64,000 bases of DNA. Source: a virus (lineage: Duplodnaviria > Caudoviricetes). Positions 59,073 through 64,000 of this stretch are shown in pieces. The notes under the pieces are model-generated. The model was not told the origin of the DNA. It saw only the letters and a list, made by a program, of their open reading frames with translations, and searched no databases. Within the stretch, counting starts at the first letter, position 1, and each line of letters opens with the position of its first letter. The translations under genes and the position numbers were made by a program. The stretch is taken from positions 1 through 64,000 of IMG/VR virus record IMGVR_UViG_3300028634_000502; one strand, written 5' to 3'.

Positions 59073-59777
59073 TTATTCGCTGTATTTAATAAAGGCATCG
59101 GTGAACCCAGCTGCTTTGACCTTGCTGAGCATGGTCTCTGCATTTGTCTTAATAGAAAAGGCTCCAATCTGGACGCGGTAGTATTTCTTGGGTGCAGCCG
59201 TCTCGACCGGATCAGCAGAGGCAAGACCGGATTTTACATCGGAGCGGAAGGTATCCATCGACTTGCCATGTTTAGGAAACCAATGCATTACATCACCATG
59301 ATTGCTGGCGATGCCTTGCTTATATCCTTCGCTATGGCAAATAATATCTTTTTCAGTTAGACCAAACTCCTTACATAGATAGACACAAAGTTCAACGGCC
59401 TCCCGGTACACCTTGTTGAAATAGGTGCTGTCCGAAAGACCATCCTCGCAAATCTCAAAGCCAATATGTGTGTCGTTTGCTTTTCCTCCGGCGTGCCAGC
59501 CTCGGTGGTTCCATGGCAAAGTCTGATATGTGGCGATTGTTCCATCTGCCAGCTTACCGATGAAGGCATGAATGCATACCTGACGACCGCCGGGCTTTTC
59601 TTGATTCCAATGATTGTTGTATTGGTTCTTTCCGAGCAAGCCATCATCCGGGCCAACATAGCGCTTCAACCATGGGTTATCTGCCCCGGTAGAGTGTACC
59701 ATGATTCCTTTTGGTTTAATGGTACGGGCTGCCTTGTAGCAGGCGTTGTTGGTTAATATAAGCTTATGCAGTTTCAT
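59073..59777 (-). CDS. Endolysin: Amidase_2 plus SPOR domain
   Basis: Catalytic domain nearly identical to 6652..7560; YRVQIGAFS..NAE SPOR. Confidence 0.92.
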   Translation of the reverse strand: MKLHKLILTNNACYKAARTIKPKGIMVHSTGADNPWLKRYVGPDDGLLGKNQYNNHWNQEKPGGRQVCIHAFIGKLADGTIATYQTLPWNHRGWHAGGKANDTHIGFEICEDGLSDSTYFNKVYREAVELCVYLCKEFGLTEKDIICHSEGYKQGIASNHGDVMHWFPKHGKSMDTFRSDVKSGLASADPVETAAPKKYYRVQIGAFSIKTNAETMLSKVKAAGFTDAFIKYSE

Positions 59778-60179
59778 TTATTTATCCTCCTTGTTTAGCT
59801 GCCCTAAGACCGCTTTTAACTTTTCTGGAATAGGGAGCCCAATCCTGGCAGCATTCTCAATAATGCTGATCCCTTCATTAGACAAATAAAAGAAAATGAC
59901 GGCGGTTCGCACGACACTGCCCGTTTGAATAAGGTGGGAATCGATGATATGGGCAATGGCTACAAGTGAGAAAATCAGCACTTTTTTGAAAATTCCCCGG
60001 AAGCCCACTTCACTTGAGAGCTTTCTCTCAAGAACAGCCACCATTATGCCTGTGAGATAGTCAATCACGACAAAAGCGATCAGCGCATAGAGAAATCCGT
60101 CAAGTCCTCCCAAGAAATATCCAACAGCTCCGCCAATCGCGGCGACAATGATTTGTACTGTATTAATAATGTCCTTCAT
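59778..60179 (-). CDS. Phage holin
   Basis: IDYLTG..LSSEVGFRG..FYLSNEGISIIEN. Confidence 0.92.
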   Translation of the reverse strand: MKDIINTVQIIVAAIGGAVGYFLGGLDGFLYALIAFVVIDYLTGIMVAVLERKLSSEVGFRGIFKKVLIFSLVAIAHIIDSHLIQTGSVVRTAVIFFYLSNEGISIIENAARIGLPIPEKLKAVLGQLNKEDK

Positions 60180-60241
60180 GTATCCATCCTCCTTTGTTTC
60201 AAATAAAAATAGAGCCCTTGGGCTCATAAAAATTCTTTGAT

Positions 60242-60505
60242 TTACTTTGAGATTAGTTCTTTCTTTAGCCTTTCTATTTCAAATTCCAAGGCTTCAATTT
60301 TCTCCTCCGTTGCCAGCATGGTAGTAGGCTCCGGCTCCTTGATCCTTTCATCTACTTCAGACCATTTGTTCATCGTTTCTCCTGTTGGGATGAATACTTG
60401 TTTCGTTCTTGCGATCTCTGCGCCTCCCGCTATCAAAACAAGCTCCTTACCGGTATCTGCTTCTAATTCATAGCCATAGTCTAATTCACGTTTGACCATC
60501 GTCAC
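60242..60505 (-). CDS. Small tail-associated hypothetical protein
   Basis: ORF with RBS in tail-lysis interval. Confidence 0.65.
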   Translation of the reverse strand: MTMVKRELDYGYELEADTGKELVLIAGGAEIARTKQVFIPTGETMNKWSEVDERIKEPEPTTMLATEEKIEALEFEIERLKKELISK

Positions 60506-60511
60506 TCCTCC

Positions 60512-61756
60512 TTAACAGTATACTTCGACTTCATAGGTGACAGTCATGCCATACCCAGGAGGCCGGTCCGGCGCGTCATTGGGCAGCTTGTATGCTGCAA
60601 TGGCAATGGCAGCGCAGGGGAAATTATTTGTTCCGTTATAAACATCCATCGGGTATTCCACAAGAGCTCCAAACTCACTTCCTATAAGGGGCGAACCTCC
60701 ATACCCGTTATACCATTTATAGTTGCCCCAGTATCCCAATCTTCCTGCCAGTTCATCCGTTGACATATCAAATATAATACCGCTTTGCCCGTAGCGTGTA
60801 TCAGAAGCGGCATGAGCCAGATACTTGCCGGAGCAGCCTACCGAGGAAAAATTGGTGTAACCTCCGATATCCAAGATATCCGAAGTATTTACTGTAAAAA
60901 CCACAGGCACCGTATTACTGGCAAAGTTGCTTTTTATAATCGTGTTATAAGAAACGATGGCATAGGCGCAATTGCCATATACATAGAAATTCTCACTTCT
61001 GTTGTCATTGGAGGTGGGATAGATATTAAGCAGATTTCCAAAGGTCCCATCTGAGAATTCATACATGCTTCGATTTGCAGGAGTTGTTCCATCAAATTTT
61101 CGAACGTACAATCGCCCATTAATCTGATTGCAACCAATCTTAACATTCACCGTCCCTACAATGGAGCTTATATCAATCGTTGTCGCGATCCTGCTTTTTA
61201 GATGGCGTTTCGTCACAACGCCTGAAGCAATGGAATAGAAATTGGTTCCATCGGATGCCCCCGCCGTGGAGGGTGTTCCGTAATTATTCCAGTTCGTATT
61301 GGATTTTCTGACAAAAAAAGTCCGCCTTGGGTTATCATACTGTTCCGTTAATCCGATGGACTTGACCGGGGAAGGAACCTGCAGGGGAGTAAAGTCAAAG
61401 GCAAGCTTTGAGGATACTCCTGATGCACTTACGGACTGCAAAAAACTATAGGTAGTGTTCCAGGCACCTTTAAATGTTCCAGAACCCAAAGCACCAATTG
61501 CGCCGTATCCAACGGGGTTCCCCAAAAGATACGGAAAGCCGGCATCAATCTCTCTGGTGCTGTCCGTCATGACTAGTCTGACCGATCCGAGCATTTCCCA
61601 CCAAGCTGGATGCTGAAACCAGGCATCGGCAAACACATGGTTTTTCCCTTTGATCTGTTCTTTCACCTTGTGGTTAATGGGATCGGTATAGTTGATGCAT
61701 ACTCTACCTTCTGCTCCATAAGGTCTCAGGTTTTTTATATGGATAATTTCCTTCAT
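60512..61756 (-). CDS. Putative tail/receptor-binding protein
   Basis: Beta-rich 414-aa ORF in tail-tip position. Confidence 0.6.
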   Translation of the reverse strand: MKEIIHIKNLRPYGAEGRVCINYTDPINHKVKEQIKGKNHVFADAWFQHPAWWEMLGSVRLVMTDSTREIDAGFPYLLGNPVGYGAIGALGSGTFKGAWNTTYSFLQSVSASGVSSKLAFDFTPLQVPSPVKSIGLTEQYDNPRRTFFVRKSNTNWNNYGTPSTAGASDGTNFYSIASGVVTKRHLKSRIATTIDISSIVGTVNVKIGCNQINGRLYVRKFDGTTPANRSMYEFSDGTFGNLLNIYPTSNDNRSENFYVYGNCAYAIVSYNTIIKSNFASNTVPVVFTVNTSDILDIGGYTNFSSVGCSGKYLAHAASDTRYGQSGIIFDMSTDELAGRLGYWGNYKWYNGYGGSPLIGSEFGALVEYPMDVYNGTNNFPCAAIAIAAYKLPNDAPDRPPGYGMTVTYEVEVYC

Positions 61757-61767
61757 GAATTGTCCTC

Positions 61768-62334
61768 CTAAACACCCCAGTAGGATATGTCTGGTGTTTC
61801 ACTCGTAGTTAAGCTATCGTCGACAATGATTGCAGCCCCCTCCCTGACCGAAGTATCAAGATAATCTTGATAGTAAACGATGGGAGCTTCTAAAGTCCCT
61901 CGCCGGCTTGGGATAAGTAGGGCTGCGGTTTCATATGCATAGGCTTTCCTAATGATTGAGGCTAAGCCTGCCACATAAAACATGACTGAAAAGGCTGGGA
62001 CAAAACTCTTATTGGCAAAGACCAACAAGGATGACTTTTTATTGATTACCGTTACTCCTTTTGTCTTGTCCGAAATATTGCAGAAAACTTTATATACACT
62101 GTCGGACACCTTCTCAAAGTTTAAAAGTTCTATTCCCTCACTGTCATAAATGATTAGACTCTCCTTTAGCATTCCAACAGAAAAGGTTTCAATTGGTAGC
62201 TTAAAGTCGATGTAGAAATAGCTATAAATGCCAATATCATTCCAGATGTTTGGCCTATAGAACTGGCCGCTTCTAGTCAATCCTTTCGTTGCCATGCCGC
62301 ATATAAATCCGTTATCAAAATCAATGCTACTCAT
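61768..62334 (-). CDS. Tail-associated hypothetical protein
   Basis: ORF with AAGGAAG RBS. Confidence 0.6.
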   Translation of the reverse strand: MSSIDFDNGFICGMATKGLTRSGQFYRPNIWNDIGIYSYFYIDFKLPIETFSVGMLKESLIIYDSEGIELLNFEKVSDSVYKVFCNISDKTKGVTVINKKSSLLVFANKSFVPAFSVMFYVAGLASIIRKAYAYETAALLIPSRRGTLEAPIVYYQDYLDTSVREGAAIIVDDSLTTSETPDISYWGV

Positions 62335-62347
62335 TTCTTCACTTCCT

Positions 62348-64000
62348 TTAATGCCAGGTAACTGGGATGCTGACATTGTCATCTGTTGTCAGTGATGTTA
62401 TTTTGCCGCTTCCATCCTTGGTCCAGGTCCATGCATAGGTTATTCCTGAATATTTTGCGGAGAAGCCGGTGGAATAAAAATCAAGCTGTTCAAGGTCATA
62501 TGGTGTTATAAATACACCATCATCGCTGAGTTTGATCTGTCTTAATGTTCCATCCTGAGAATCGTAATAATTGATCTCATAACCGAAAGCCGACTTATAG
62601 ATATAAGTTTTGCCCCAGTCCGGGTGCTCCTCCGGGTAGGAGCCAAGCCCTACTATTTCTGCCGGTGTATACAGACCGTCTCGCATTTCAAAGCCAATCT
62701 GACGTTTGATGAATTCTGTGTACTTATAGATTGTGATGGGATAATTCGTAGCTTCAGTGGTTGGGTTTTTAAATGTATCGTCCTCCCAATAAAGCTGCCC
62801 GCCGTCCCTGTTATACACATACTCTGTTTCTATACCATCCGTAGTTGCGGTGATGAATTGCAGCCATTGGTCATAGATCCTGATGTAATTTACATCCGTT
62901 GTGTCCTCGGCTAGGTACTTGGCAATTTTATCGTGGGTTTGCAGTTCATCAACAGTCAGTTCTGCAATATTGGCTTTCTCCGCATAAAGGTTCGGCGTAA
63001 TAAGGGATTGCAAGGCGGTAATTGTATCAGCTGATAAATCACCATCAAAGATATACTTCGCTGCAATCGGATCGAAGTAAAGCTTATTGATCCAGTTGTC
63101 CCCACTGCCATCACCTGACTGAAGAGCAAAGGTATCCGAGTTGAATATACCCCTAGCCATGTTGTCATTTCGGATGCTTTCAAAGCCAAGTTCAGGACTG
63201 ATCCTTATCCCATGATAAAGCTTATCCTTGACCACAGTGTCCCGCTGTATCTTCGTTACCGTATCCGTGAAAAGCTCGATATGGTTTGCTATCTCAAGCG
63301 AGGTGTTGATCGACCGGATCGGATTGTAGATTCGTTTAATCACCTTATTGGCCACATCAAGTCCCATTACCTCATCAACTATCCGGATAGTATCGCCTTC
63401 TTCAATAGTTTCAAGGTTTTCAAACCCAGCAAAGCCCAGATGGCTTTTTAGCTCAATAATATCCACGGAATAACAGGTCAAGTTATTTCGCCTGTCAAAT
63501 ATCTTTTTAACCCCTGTAATGTTCTTTCCAAACCGAGCTACAAATCCTCGGTCCTGGCCGATGGTGTTTTTTAGGTTGATCTTAAAGCCGTCAAAGTCGA
63601 TTTCAGCAGGAATAGTATTAGCAAGAAGCTGCACCAGTCCCAGTTTATTTGTCTCCTCGTGTACAGCAAAGGTGATCACATCTGTCTTATCTACGACTCC
63701 CGGCAAAAGCTCAGTGCCAGATAGGATATCCGATAAAATCTGCGCCGGTGTCCCATCAAAGGTATAGTAGGGCACATCATGGCTGATCAGCCGGTAGCTT
63801 ACATGTTCGCATTCCATTTGGTAAGTTAGGATATCGGAATGCTGCTTCTCAATATATACGATATCAAAGAGGTATCCATCGGCCATCACATAGACTTCAT
63901 CCTGAAAATATTCACTTTTCAGGTCGGCTTCCAGCGCCTCAAACTTTAAGGTAAACTCCCCATTGATCTGCCGGGATATGCTGATGCTATCATTTATGAT
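62348..64000 (-). CDS. Phage tail spike/endopeptidase-like protein (5' partial)
   Basis: Frame open to window end; INGEFTLKF..CEHVSYRL. Confidence 0.78.
   Translation of the reverse strand: MINDSISISRQINGEFTLKFEALEADLKSEYFQDEVYVMADGYLFDIVYIEKQHSDILTYQMECEHVSYRLISHDVPYYTFDGTPAQILSDILSGTELLPGVVDKTDVITFAVHEETNKLGLVQLLANTIPAEIDFDGFKINLKNTIGQDRGFVARFGKNITGVKKIFDRRNNLTCYSVDIIELKSHLGFAGFENLETIEEGDTIRIVDEVMGLDVANKVIKRIYNPIRSINTSLEIANHIELFTDTVTKIQRDTVVKDKLYHGIRISPELGFESIRNDNMARGIFNSDTFALQSGDGSGDNWINKLYFDPIAAKYIFDGDLSADTITALQSLITPNLYAEKANIAELTVDELQTHDKIAKYLAEDTTDVNYIRIYDQWLQFITATTDGIETEYVYNRDGGQLYWEDDTFKNPTTEATNYPITIYKYTEFIKRQIGFEMRDGLYTPAEIVGLGSYPEEHPDWGKTYIYKSAFGYEINYYDSQDGTLRQIKLSDDGVFITPYDLEQLDFYSTGFSAKYSGITYAWTWTKDGSGKITSLTTDDNVSIPVTWH

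Larger units (their letters stand above)
50051..64000 (-). mobile_element. Prophage element 2 (end portion) with resistance cargo
   Basis: Tail, holin, amidase, SHOCT and triple recombinase cassette homologous to element 1. Confidence 0.88.

Overview
This window of low-GC Firmicutes (Clostridia-like) DNA is entirely mobile: two related serine-recombinase siphoviral prophages (Phi-m46.1/Phi10394.4-like gene set) in tandem, mostly on the minus strand. Element 1 (1 to ~47,010) is nearly complete: recombinases, a DNA-polymerase replication block that appears out of its usual place, lysis, tail, HK97-type head, terminase, amidoligase/GGCT, two phage methyltransferases plus metK, helicase, primase, antirepressor and a sigma-like regulator. 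It ends in a defence island: two genes sharing a 16-aa N/Q-rich motif, an RloC-like ABC ATPase, and a GCGC restriction-modification locus with two MTases and an R.HhaI homologue. A ~3 kb MarR/SDR cassette sits between two att-like sites that copy the 3' end of rumA(rlmD). Element 2 (~50,050 to the end) shows its tail tip, lysis genes, recombinase cassette and a mef(A)-msr(D)-grpB-truncated vgb-vat cargo. Top candidates for novelty: (i) the shared peptide motif linking two adjacent genes beside an RloC-like ATPase with an apparently degenerate nuclease motif (possible amyloid-type signalling); (ii) a twin-GCGC palindrome in the promoter spacer of the GCGC MTase; (iii) a switch-like RNA leader upstream of the sigma gene; (iv) a GGT-TAG-GA 5-nt interruption in the helicase Walker A; (v) an array of rumA-like att half-sites. 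Protein identifications come from recognised motifs and remembered sequences; no searches were run.
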